From an uncultured Gemmatimonadales bacterium (lineage in GTDB: Bacteria > Gemmatimonadota > Gemmatimonadetes > Gemmatimonadales > GWC2-71-9): DNA of 64,000 bases. The notes under the pieces were generated by a model. The model saw only the letters and a program-made list of their open reading frames with translations. It searched no databases and had not been told where the DNA came from. How positions within the stretch are numbered: the stretch's first letter is position 1; each line of letters begins with the position of its first letter. Positions 22,534-32,200 of this stretch are shown in pieces. Location: NCBI GenBank assembly GCA_963828735.1, contig CAWHFW010000005.1:256001-320000 (forward strand), in the 5' to 3' direction. The translations under genes and the position numbers were made by a program.

Positions 22534-23949
22534 TCACCCCCGCATGAGCCCTCGAACGTCCACCAGACGCCCTTCCACCGCCGCTGCGACGGCCATGATT
22601 GGACTCACGAGGTGAGTTCGGCCTCCCTTTCCCTGTCGGCCCTCGAAATTCCGGTTCGATGTCGAGGCGCAACGCTCCCCCGGACCCAGGATGTCGTCGT
22701 TCATCCCGAGGCACATCGAGCAGCCTGGATTCCGCCATTCGAAGCCCGCCTCGGTGAAGATCCGGTCCAGGCCCTCTTGCTCAGCCATCGCCTTCACGCG
22801 CTGCGACCCGGGAACCACCATCGCACGGACCCCATTTGCCACTTTTCGGCCTCGCGCCATTTTGGCAGCTTCGCGAAGATCTTCGATCCTCGCGTTGGTG
22901 CACGATCCCAGGAATACCCGATCGACTTTCAGACCTTCGAGAGGTGTCCCGGGACGCAGTCCCATGTACTCGAGTGCGCGCTCGTACGACCGCCGCTCGG
23001 CCTCGGAGGGCGCCTCCGCCGGGTCGGGAACGCGCCCGGTGATGTCCGCCGTCATGCCGGGGTTGGTGCCCCACGTGACTTGGGGAGCGAGTCCCGACGC
23101 GTCGAGGAGGACCGTGGTGTCGTAGGTGGCGCCGGGATCGGCTCGGAGCTGCGCCCAGGAGGCCGTGGCCCGGTCCCACCGGTCGGCCCGAGGAGCACGG
23201 GGACGCCCCCTCAGGTAGGCGAATGTCGTGTCGTCAGGGGCGACCATCCCGGCCCGGGCGCCTGCCTCGATGGACATGTTGCACACGGTCATCCGGCCTT
23301 CCATGGACAGGGCCCGGATGGCTTCCCCGGTGTACTCGATGACGTGGCCGGTGGCACCGGCGGTCCCGATCCGGCGGATGAGCGCCAGGACCAGGTCCTT
23401 GGCCGTCACCCCGGGCGCCGGCCTACCCTCGAACCGCACTTCCATGGTTCGGGGGCGAGCCTGGACGATGCACTGGGTCGCCAGCACGTGCTCGACCTCG
23501 CTGGTCCCGATCCCGAATGCCAGGGCGCCGAAGGCCCCGTGGGTGGCAGTGTGGGAGTCGCCGCAGACGATGATCATCCCCGGCTGGGTCAACCCCAACT
23601 CGGGCCCGATGACGTGCACGATGCCCTGCTCCGGGCTCTCCAGGTCGAACAGCTCGACTCCGAATTCCCGGGCGTTGCGGACCAGGGCGTCGACCTGTCG
23701 GGCCGATACCACGTCCGCGATCGGGAGCCGCCGATCCCCGGTGGGCACGTTGTGGTCCACCGTGGCCACGGTGAGCTCGGGGCGCCGGACAAGCCGTCCG
23801 GCGAGGCGAAGGCCCTCGAACGCCTGGGGCGAGGTGACCTCGTGGACCAGATGGAGGTCAACGTAGAGCAGCGCCGGCCCGGATCCCGGCCCGCCGGGGA
23901 CGACGTGCGAGTCCCAGACCTTCTCGAACAGGGTTCGCGGAGCCGTCAC
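22534..23949 (-). CDS. leuC: 3-isopropylmalate dehydratase large subunit
   Basis: [39 protein letters not shown] overlap with ilvC. Confidence 0.96.
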   Translation of the reverse strand: MTAPRTLFEKVWDSHVVPGGPGSGPALLYVDLHLVHEVTSPQAFEGLRLAGRLVRRPELTVATVDHNVPTGDRRLPIADVVSARQVDALVRNAREFGVELFDLESPEQGIVHVIGPELGLTQPGMIIVCGDSHTATHGAFGALAFGIGTSEVEHVLATQCIVQARPRTMEVRFEGRPAPGVTAKDLVLALIRRIGTAGATGHVIEYTGEAIRALSMEGRMTVCNMSIEAGARAGMVAPDDTTFAYLRGRPRAPRADRWDRATASWAQLRADPGATYDTTVLLDASGLAPQVTWGTNPGMTADITGRVPDPAEAPSEAERRSYERALEYMGLRPGTPLEGLKVDRVFLGSCTNARIEDLREAAKMARGRKVANGVRAMVVPGSQRVKAMAEQEGLDRIFTEAGFEWRNPGCSMCLGMNDDILGPGERCASTSNRNFEGRQGKGGRTHLVSPIMAVAAAVEGRLVDVRGLMRG

Positions 23950-25019
23950 GAGACGGCTGCCGGCTTCCGGGGCGTCGGCTCCCTGGCCTCGGGCGCCCCT
24001 CGCGGAGCCGCCTTCCCCTCCTCGGACCAGGGCATCATGGCGCGAAGCCGGGCGCCCACCTGCTCGATCGCGTGGTCGCGGTCCGCCTGCCGCATGCGCT
24101 CGAAATTGTGACGACCGCTCCGGTTCTCGGCGAGCCACTCCCGGGCGAACGATCCGTCCTGGATCGCGTCGAGGATCTTTCGCATCTCGGCGCGGGTCGC
24201 GTCGGTCACGATGCGCGGGCCCCGGGTGTAGTCTCCATACTCCGCCGTGTCGCTGATCGAGTAGCGCATGAACTGCATGCCGCCACGGTACATGAGATCC
24301 ACGATGAGCTTGAGCTCGTGGAGGCACTCGAAGTAGGCCATCTCGGGCCGGTATCCGGCGGCGGTGAGCGTCTCGAACCCGGCCTTGACCAACGCCGTCA
24401 CCCCACCGCACAGCACCGCCTGCTCGCCGAAGAGATCGGTCTCCGTCTCCTCGCGGAAGGTCGTCTCGATGACGCCGGCCCGCGTGCATCCGATCCCCGC
24501 GGCGTAGGCGAGCGCGTTCGCCAGCGCCTGCCCACTGGCGTCCTGGTGGACCGCCACCAGCGCCGGCACGCCCCGCCCGGCTTCGAACTCACTGCGCACC
24601 AGGTGTCCCGGCGACTTGGGCGCGACCATCGACACGTCCACGCCCTGGGGCGCCACGATCTCGTCGAAATGGATGTTGAACCCATGGGCAAACATCAGGG
24701 TCTTGCCAGGGGTGAGGCCCTGGACGACCCCGCCCTCGTAGATCGCGCGACCGTCCTGATCGGGGGTGAGCATCATGACCACATCCGCGGCCGCCGCCGC
24801 GTCGGCGACCGTTCGGACGTCGAGGCCGGCCGCCCTGGCCTTCTCCCACGAGACGCCGCCCTTCCGGAGGCCCACGACGACCTTGGCACCGCTGTCGCGG
24901 AGGTTCAGGGCATGGGCGTGACCCTGGCTGCCGTAGCCGATGATCGCGAAGGTGCGGCCGGCGAGGCGGCCCCGGTCGGCATCGGCATCGTAATACACGC
25001 GCGTGGGATCGTTCGTCAT
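23946..25019 (-). CDS. ilvC: Ketol-acid reductoisomerase
   Basis: [26 protein letters not shown] motifs. Confidence 0.96.
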   Translation of the reverse strand: MTNDPTRVYYDADADRGRLAGRTFAIIGYGSQGHAHALNLRDSGAKVVVGLRKGGVSWEKARAAGLDVRTVADAAAAADVVMMLTPDQDGRAIYEGGVVQGLTPGKTLMFAHGFNIHFDEIVAPQGVDVSMVAPKSPGHLVRSEFEAGRGVPALVAVHQDASGQALANALAYAAGIGCTRAGVIETTFREETETDLFGEQAVLCGGVTALVKAGFETLTAAGYRPEMAYFECLHELKLIVDLMYRGGMQFMRYSISDTAEYGDYTRGPRIVTDATRAEMRKILDAIQDGSFAREWLAENRSGRHNFERMRQADRDHAIEQVGARLRAMMPWSEEGKAAPRGAPEAREPTPRKPAAVS

Positions 25020-25033
25020 TGCTCCGTCTCTCG

Positions 25034-25549
25034 TTAGATGTTCGCCGGCATCCGGGTGCCGGCCTCGGTCAGGCCCGTCTCGAGCGCGACCGCGCCGCTC
25101 CGGGCCACTTCCAGGATGTCGAAGCGCTCGAGCGCGCGGATGCAGGACAACACGAAGGCCTCGGAGCCCGTGAGCTCGATGATCGTGGCTTCCGGGTCGT
25201 CGTCGACCACGGAGGCGTGGTAGAGCTGCACGACGTCGAGGAGCTCGCCGTACCGATCGGCGGTGGCGCGCACCTTGACCAGCGCCAGCTCGCGGGTGAC
25301 GCCGTCACGGGCCGGAAAGGAGGTCGCCTGCCGGACGCCCACGACCTTCTCGAGCTGCTGGACGGCGCGTTCGGCCGTCGCTTCGTCGGACTGGATCATG
25401 ATGGTGAGTCTCGAGACGCCCGGCGTGACCGTGGGACCCACGGCGATGCTCCGCACGGGCAGGTTTCGCCGTCGGATGAGCCCGACGGCACGATTGAACG
25501 TGATGATACGGTCCTCGAGGAGAACGGTGACGGCGCGCTGCATCGTCAT
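25034..25549 (-). CDS. ilvN: Acetolactate synthase regulatory subunit (divergent ACT domain)
   Basis: ACT-like N-terminus, [20 protein letters not shown] overlap with ilvB. Confidence 0.88.
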   Translation of the reverse strand: MTMQRAVTVLLEDRIITFNRAVGLIRRRNLPVRSIAVGPTVTPGVSRLTIMIQSDEATAERAVQQLEKVVGVRQATSFPARDGVTRELALVKVRATADRYGELLDVVQLYHASVVDDDPEATIIELTGSEAFVLSCIRALERFDILEVARSGAVALETGLTEAGTRMPANI

Positions 25550-27237
25550 ACCGTGACCGTCTCCGACTCGATCGGCTCGCTGAGCGACGCCCCCGGCGGA
25601 ATCATCGGGAACACGTTCGCTTCCTGCTCGATCAGGAACTCCACGAGCGCCGGTCCCTCGTAGGCCAGCGCGGCGCGCACCACGCCGTCCACCTGGTCCG
25701 CCCGCTCGACGCGGTACCCCTGAATTCCATACGCCTCGGCGAGTCGGACATAGTCGGGGCTCCAGATGGGCGTGGCCGAATAGCGACGGCCGTGGAAGAA
25801 CTGTTGCCACTGCCGCACCATCCCCAGGTACCCGTTGTTGAAGATCGCCATCTTCACGGGGATCTCTTCCTGCACCATGGTGGCGATCTCCTGCATGTTC
25901 ATCTGGAAGCCGCCATCCCCCGAGATGGCCCACACCGGCTCGCCGGGGCGCGCCAGCGCGACGCCCATGGCGGCCGGCACCGCGAACCCCATCGTTCCCA
26001 GGCCGCCGGAGGTGATGTGGGTGTTGGGCCGTTGATACCGGAACAGCTTTGCCACCCACATCTGGTGCTGGCCCACGTCCGAGACGATCGTGCAGCGCCC
26101 GGCGGTGGCGTCCTCGAGCGCCGAAAGAATTCCGTCGGGGGACAGCCCGCCCTTGAAGCTCTCCACGCGCGGCCGCACGAAGCTTTCGATCTCGGCCCGC
26201 CAGCCGTCGCAGTGGCGCGCCTCGACGCCCTCGAGCAGGGCCCGGAGCGTTTCGCGCGCGTCACCGACCAGGCCGACCGTGACGGGCACGTTCTTCCCGA
26301 TCTCGGACGCGTCGAGCTCGATATGGATGATCTTCGCGCCGCGCGCGAAGGCGGCGAGGTTGCCGGTCACCCGGTCGTCGAACCGGAGCCCGATCCCGAT
26401 GAGGAGGTCGGCCTGCTGGATGGCCCGGTTGACGTGGACCTCGCCGTGCATGCCCGGCATCCCCAGATGCAGCGGGTGCGACTCGGGGAACGCGCTGATG
26501 CCGAGGAGCGTGGTGATCACCGGGATGCCGGTGCGCTCCGCCAGCTCGCGGAGCTCGGCGTAGGCGTCACTCAGGATCACGCCGTGCCCGGCCAGAATGA
26601 CCGGCCGCTCGGCACGGGCCACGAGCCGCGCCGCCTCGACGAGCGCCGTGCGGGTGGCTCGTCCCACCAATCCTTCGCGCCGCTCGTCGGCCCCGCCGCC
26701 CGCTTCCGCGCGATTGGGGACATCGAGCTTCTGGTTCTGCACGTCCTTCGGGACGTCAAGCAGCACCGGACCGGGCCGTCCTTCCCGCGCCACCGCGAAG
26801 ACCTCATGGACCGCGTCCGCGAGCTCGCCGACGTCTTCAACCAGGCGGCTGTGCTTGGTGATCGGCTGCGTGATCCCGATGATGTCCGTCTCCTGGAACG
26901 CGTCCCGCCCGATCATCGCGCGCGGCACCTGGCCGGTGATGGCGACCAGCGGAGTGCTGTCCATGTGCGCCGTCGCGATGCCGGTCACCAGGTTGGTGGC
27001 ACCCGGTCCCGACGTCGCCACGCACACGCCCGGTCGCCCGCTCGCGCGGGCGTACCCGTCCGCGGCATGCGCCGCGGCCTGCTCGTGGCGCACCAGCACG
27101 TGCCGGAGACCGGGATGTTCCGGCAGCGCGTGGTAGAACGGCATGATGGCCCCGCCCGGGTACCCGAAGAGGATGTCCACGCCTTCCTCGAGCAGTGCCC
27201 GGCAGAGAATCTGCGCGCCCGTCAGCTGCTCGGCCAT
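25546..27237 (-). CDS. ilvB: Acetolactate synthase large subunit
   Basis: FGYPGGA, RHEQ, TSGPGATN, GDGGFQMN...NN.YLGMVRQWQ; TGATG overlap with leuA. Confidence 0.96.
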   Translation of the reverse strand: MAEQLTGAQILCRALLEEGVDILFGYPGGAIMPFYHALPEHPGLRHVLVRHEQAAAHAADGYARASGRPGVCVATSGPGATNLVTGIATAHMDSTPLVAITGQVPRAMIGRDAFQETDIIGITQPITKHSRLVEDVGELADAVHEVFAVAREGRPGPVLLDVPKDVQNQKLDVPNRAEAGGGADERREGLVGRATRTALVEAARLVARAERPVILAGHGVILSDAYAELRELAERTGIPVITTLLGISAFPESHPLHLGMPGMHGEVHVNRAIQQADLLIGIGLRFDDRVTGNLAAFARGAKIIHIELDASEIGKNVPVTVGLVGDARETLRALLEGVEARHCDGWRAEIESFVRPRVESFKGGLSPDGILSALEDATAGRCTIVSDVGQHQMWVAKLFRYQRPNTHITSGGLGTMGFAVPAAMGVALARPGEPVWAISGDGGFQMNMQEIATMVQEEIPVKMAIFNNGYLGMVRQWQQFFHGRRYSATPIWSPDYVRLAEAYGIQGYRVERADQVDGVVRAALAYEGPALVEFLIEQEANVFPMIPPGASLSEPIESETVTV

Positions 27238-28793
27238 CACACGCCCCACAGGTAGACGGCGTTGAGCGAGGTCGCCTCCAGCCGGTCGGCGTGGTGCGCC
27301 TTGTTGATCGCATGGATCAACGCCCGCGCGCTGGCCTCCACGATGTCCGTGGATGCCCCGTTCCCGGAGAGCGATTTGCCGTCCACCTTGGCCTGCAGGA
27401 ACACCTGGCCCACGCTGTCGCGCCCGGGCGTGAGCGAGCGCAGCGAGAGGCTCAGCACCTCGAGCTGACGGCCGAGAATCTCGCTGATCGCCGTGAACGC
27501 GGCGGCGATGGGGCCGTCGCCGGTCCCGCGCGCGGAGCGCTCGCCCGCCCACGGGCCGGTCATCCGGACCTCGGCCGTCGGCGTGATGCTGCCGCACACG
27601 ACCCGCAGGTGGCTCAGCTGGTACTCCTCGGGCGCGTCGTGAAAGGTCTCGTGGAGCAGCGCCAGCAGATCTTCGTCCAGGATCTCGCGCTTGCGGTCGG
27701 CCAGGGCGGAGAATTCCTGATAGACCTCCCCGACCTGCTGCTCGGTCAGGTCGTATCCCAGCTCGCGGTAGCGACGCTCGAGCGCGTGGCGGCCCGAGTG
27801 CTTGCCGAGCACGAGGGTCGAGCGCGGGATCCCCACCATCTCGGGCCGGATGATCTCGTAGGTCAGCCCGTTCTGCAGCATGCCATGCTGATGGATGCCG
27901 GCTTCGTGGGCGAACGCGTTCCGGCCGACGATGGCCTTGTTGGCCTGGGGAAAGCTGCCGGTGAGGTAGGACAGCAGCTGGCTGGTGCGGTAGATCTCGC
28001 GGGTATCCACGTTGCAGCGGAACCCCAGGGCCGAGCCGCGCACGTGGCTGGCCATGACCAGCTCTTCCATGGCGGCATTCCCGGCGCGCTCGCCGATGCC
28101 GTTGACGGTGCATTCGACCTGGCGTGCGCCGGCCTCCACCGCGGCGAGCGAATTGGCCACGGCGAGCCCCAGATCATCGTGGCAGTGCGCGCTCAGCACG
28201 ACGGTGTCGGCGCCCGGCACGCGGGCCAGCACGCCGCGAAACATGTCGCCGTACTCGCCCGGCATGGCGTAGCCGACCGTGTCCGGGAGGTTCACGGTGC
28301 TTGCTCCTTCCCGGATCGCCGCTTCGACGATGCGACAGAGGAATTCGGGGTCGGTGCGGCTCGCGTCCTCCGCCGAGAACTCGACGTCGTCGGTGTAGTC
28401 GCGCGCCTGGCGGATGGCGGCGCGCGCCAGGGCGAGAACGTCCTCGCGGGTGCTCTTGAGCTTGTCCCGGATGTGCAGGTCGGACGTGGAGATGAACACA
28501 TGCAGGCGACCCCGCTCCGCGGCGCGGATGGCTTCGCCCGCGAGCTCGATGTCGCGCGCGTGGCATCGGGCCAGCGCGGCAATCACCGGGCGCCGGAGCT
28601 CGGTCGCGATCTGCAGGACGCTGCGGTAGTCGCCCTCGGACGCCGCCGGAAACCCGGCTTCCATGACGTCCACGCCGAGCGCGTCGAGCTGCCGGGCGAG
28701 TCGAAGCTTCTCCTCGGGGCTGAGACTGTTGCCGGGAGCCTGCTCGCCATCGCGCAGGGTGGTGTCGAAGATGAGAACGTCGTGGATCGCCAT
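27237..28793 (-). CDS. leuA: 2-isopropylmalate synthase
   Basis: [25 protein letters not shown]-terminal regulatory domain with G.GPI. Confidence 0.96.
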   Translation of the reverse strand: MAIHDVLIFDTTLRDGEQAPGNSLSPEEKLRLARQLDALGVDVMEAGFPAASEGDYRSVLQIATELRRPVIAALARCHARDIELAGEAIRAAERGRLHVFISTSDLHIRDKLKSTREDVLALARAAIRQARDYTDDVEFSAEDASRTDPEFLCRIVEAAIREGASTVNLPDTVGYAMPGEYGDMFRGVLARVPGADTVVLSAHCHDDLGLAVANSLAAVEAGARQVECTVNGIGERAGNAAMEELVMASHVRGSALGFRCNVDTREIYRTSQLLSYLTGSFPQANKAIVGRNAFAHEAGIHQHGMLQNGLTYEIIRPEMVGIPRSTLVLGKHSGRHALERRYRELGYDLTEQQVGEVYQEFSALADRKREILDEDLLALLHETFHDAPEEYQLSHLRVVCGSITPTAEVRMTGPWAGERSARGTGDGPIAAAFTAISEILGRQLEVLSLSLRSLTPGRDSVGQVFLQAKVDGKSLSGNGASTDIVEASARALIHAINKAHHADRLEATSLNAVYLWGV

Positions 28794-28821
28794 ACGGTCG
28801 CCGGCTCGTGAGTGAAGGGTG

Positions 28822-28858
28822 AAACGAAAAACGCCGCGGACCTCTGGGTCCGCGGCGC
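28822..28858 (-). terminator. Attenuator terminator upstream of leuA
   Basis: Minus strand CGCCGCGGACC-CAGA-GGTCCGCGGCG followed by TTTTTCGTTT. Confidence 0.88.
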
Positions 28859-28885
28859 CGGTGCATTCGGTGGAGACTTACTGTC

Positions 28886-28987
28886 TCACGTTGCTCGTGT
28901 CGGCACGCCGCGGACCCCTGGCTCACCAATAAGGACGGTAAGCAGGAGGCCAATAAGGACGACGACGAGCACGAGATTGAGCAGCAT
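28886..28987 (-). CDS. ilv-leu leader peptide MLLNLVLVVVLIGLLLTVLIGEPGVRGVPTRAT
   Basis: 33 codons with 9 Leu, 7 Val and 2 Ile, using CTT/ATT codons; contains a 12-nt antiterminator complementary to the terminator 5' arm. Confidence 0.88.
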   Translation of the reverse strand: MLLNLVLVVVLIGLLLTVLIGEPGVRGVPTRAT

Positions 28988-29043
28988 GGATCCTGAAGTG
29001 CGCTGGTGGTCGCCGAGAGCCCACGGTGGGCGAGCGAGTTATG

Positions 29044-29073
29044 AGCCTAACGCGTGGCCCCGCTGCGCGTCAA
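29044..29073 (-). promoter_or_regulatory. Sigma70-type promoter for the ilv-leu leader
   Basis: Minus strand TTGACG-18 nt-TAGGCT. Confidence 0.6.
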
Positions 29074-29086
29074 GGGGGAGCGCCGC

Positions 29087-29115
29087 TTGACACATGCATC
29101 GTGGTGCATAATAAT
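29087..29115 (+). promoter_or_regulatory. Sigma70-type promoter for gltB with a palindromic spacer
   Basis: TTGACA(29087-29092)-17 nt-AATAAT; spacer contains ATGCA-N6-TGCAT. Confidence 0.65.
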
Positions 29116-29122
29116 ACGGTAC

Positions 29123-29191
29123 ATGAACGCCACGCGCCTCCCGGTCGCCGCCCGCATCAATCTCGCTACCCCTCGGGGAGCGACCGGGTAA
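29123..29191 (+). CDS. Candidate leaderless leader peptide MNATRLPVAARINLATPRGATG upstream of gltB
   Basis: ATG sits 7 nt after the -10 box (the expected start site); the ORF spans segments 1 and 2 of a mutually exclusive helix set. Confidence 0.5.
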   Translation: MNATRLPVAARINLATPRGATG

Positions 29192-29217
29192 GCGAGCGTT
29201 CTCGCGCAGGAACCCCG

Positions 29218-29249
29218 GCCCGCTCCCAGATCGGAGCGGGCTTTTGCTT
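29218..29249 (+). terminator. Intrinsic terminator inside the gltB 5' leader
   Basis: GCCCGCTCC-CAGATC-GGAGCGGGC-TTTTGCTT, about 50 nt before the gltB ATG. Confidence 0.75.
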
Positions 29250-29299
29250 GCCCTGGATCGGTCTCTCCGGCCGCCGGGCTCACCATCGCAGGAGGCACC

Positions 29300-32200
29300 A
29301 TGGCCGCCCCTGGGCAGCGGATCCACCCGGCCGGTTCCCACTCGCTGGACCCCCGACATCGCGCGGCGCCCCCCGATCGGGCCCTCGATCCCGCGCGGGA
29401 GCACGACGCCTGCGGCGTCGGCTTCGTCGCGCACGCGTCGGGCGCGCGATCGCACGAGGTGGTGCGGATGGCGCTCGAGGCAGTGGCACGCGTCGCGCAC
29501 CGCGGCGCCGCCTCGACCGACAACTCGGGTGACGGCGCGGGACTGCTCACCCAGATTCCGCATCGGCTGTTTTATCGCGACGCCTACCGCCTCGGCCTGC
29601 ACTTGCAGCCGGGCCTGCCGTTCGGCGTCGGCGCCTTCTTCCTGCCGCGCGAGCCCCACGCGCTCGGCGAGTCCGTGGCCATGGTGGAGGCCGTGCTTGC
29701 CGAGGACGGGATCCCGTTCCTGGGCTGGCGCGACGTGCCCACCCACCAGGCGGCGCTCGGCCCCACGGCGCTCGCGTCGTGCCCGGTGATCCGGCAGGTG
29801 CTCGTGGGTCGGCCCGCGCTCGCGGCGGACGAGGAGCAGTGGGAGCAGTCGCTCTACCTCGCGCGACGAGAGATGGAGCGACGCGCGGAGGAGCGACGGC
29901 TCCCCGACTTCTACGTCTGCAGTCTCTCCTGCCGCACCATCGTCTACAAAGCCCTGCTCACCGGGACCCAGCTCCCCGCCTTCTTCACCGATTTCCGGTA
30001 TCCGGAGTACGAAAGCGCGATCGCCGTCTTTCACCAGCGGTACTCCACCAACACGCTGCCGAGCTGGCCGCTGGCGCAGCCGTTCCGGCTGCTGGCGCAC
30101 AACGGCGAGATCAACACGCTCTGGGGCAACCGGAACGCCATGACGATGCGCCAGCCGATGCTGGCCTCGCCGGTGTGGGGCCGGAAGATCGAGCGCCTGC
30201 GTCAGGTGATCTGGCGGGAGGGCAGCGACTCGGCCAGCCTGGACAACGCGATGGAGCTGCTGGTGCGCTCGGGCCGCGACGTCGTGCACACGTCGATGAT
30301 GATGGTGCCGCAGGCCTGGGAGAAGTATCCGGACGTGGACCCGGCGGTGAAGGCGTTCTACGAGTACCACCAGTGCGTGCTCGAGCCGTGGGACGGCCCC
30401 GCGGCCATCGCCTTCACCGACGGCGTGCGATGCGGCGCGTCGGTCGACCGGAATGGACTCCGGCCCTCGCGCTACAAGGTCCGGCGCGACGGCCTCGTCG
30501 TGTCGGGCTCCGAGGTCGGGCTGGTGGACCTGGATCCCCGCGAGGTGGTCGAGTGCGGGAAGGTGGGTCCGGGCGAGGTCCTGGTGGTGGACACGGGGCG
30601 AGGCGAGGTCATCCGGAACCTCGACGCGAAGCGCGAGGTGGCCGGCCGCCGGCCGTACGCCCGCTGGGTCGCGCGCTACATGGCGACGCTGGTCCCGGAT
30701 CCGGCGCGCGTGCCGCCGGTTCACACGGGGACGCGGCTCGCCCACTCGCAGCGGACGTTCGGGTACGGGTTCGAGGATCTCCGGCTGGTGCTGGAGCCGA
30801 TGGGCGGCACGGGCGCCGATCCCGTGTGGAGCATGGGCGACGACACGCCGATCCCCCCGCTCTCGGCGGTGCCCCAGAGCCTGTACGCGTACTTCCGACA
30901 GCGCTTCGCGCAGGTCACCAACCCCCCGATCGACTCGCTGCGCGAATCGATGGTCATGTCGCTCCGCATGCACCTGGGCCGGCGTGGCTCGCCGCTGCTC
31001 GAGCGGCCGAGCTATGCGCGCATGCTGCGCCTCGAGCATCCGGTGCTGCTCCCCGAGGAGATGGCCGCGCTGCGGAACGTCGCGGGGTTCTCGACCGTCA
31101 CGCTCGACGCCGTGTGGGACCCGACGCGCGGGGTGGACGGGCTCCGCCCCGCCCTCACGGCGCTCCGCCGCGGTGCCGAGCGCGCCGCCCGCCGCGGGGC
31201 GCACATCCTCGTGATCAGCGATCGCGCCGCGGACGCGACGCACGCGCCGATTCCGATGCTGCTCGCCGTCGGCGCCGTCCGCCAGCATTTGGTGCACACC
31301 GGTCTTCGGGCACGGGTAGGACTCGTGGCCGAGGCGGGCGACGCGTTCGACATCCACCACTTCGCCACGCTGATCGGCTACGGCGCGGAGGCGGTGCACC
31401 CGTGGCTGGCGCTCGAGACCCTGGAAGGCCTGTTCGCCGAAGCGCGGGAGCCGTCGCGGCGCGAGCGGGACGGCGATGCGGCGCCCCGCCCGACGCCCGC
31501 AGAGGCACGCGGGCAATTCCGCGCGGCGGCCGAGAAGGGCCTGCTCAAGATCCTGTCGAAGATGGGCATCTCCACCCTCAGCTCCTACTGCGGCGCTCAG
31601 ATCTTCGAAGCGCTCGGGCTCGGCCAGGAAGTGATCGGCGCATGCTTCGCGGGCACCGCCTCGCCACTCGGCGGCATCGGCTTCGAGGAGATCGCCGAAG
31701 ACGTCCTGGCGCGCCATCGCGCGGCCTACCCGCCCGCCCAGGCTGCCGACGACGAGGTCTCCCTTCCGGACCACGGGCGCGTCCGGTTCCGGAAGGACGG
31801 CGAGGATCATGGCTGGGCACCGCCGGTCGTGGTGGCGCTCCAGCAGGCGGTAAAGTCCGGCGGCTCCGACGCGTACGGCGGATTCCTCGTCAAGCACGGG
31901 AGCCGGCGGCCGGCGGGACCGCGCGATCTCCTGACGATGCGCGCCGGGACACCGGTGCCGCTCGAGGAGGTCGAGAGCGCCGAAGCGATCCGCACGCGGT
32001 TCGTGTCGTCGGCCATGTCGCTCGGGGCGCTCTCGCCGGAGGCGCACGCCACCTTGTCCATCGCGATGAACCGCATGGGCGCACGCTCGAACTCGGGCGA
32101 GGGCGGCGAGGATCCGCACAGCTATCACGGATTCGCCAACGGCGACCGGGCGGACAACCGGATCAAGCAGGTGGCGAGCGCCCGGTTCGGCGTCACCACC

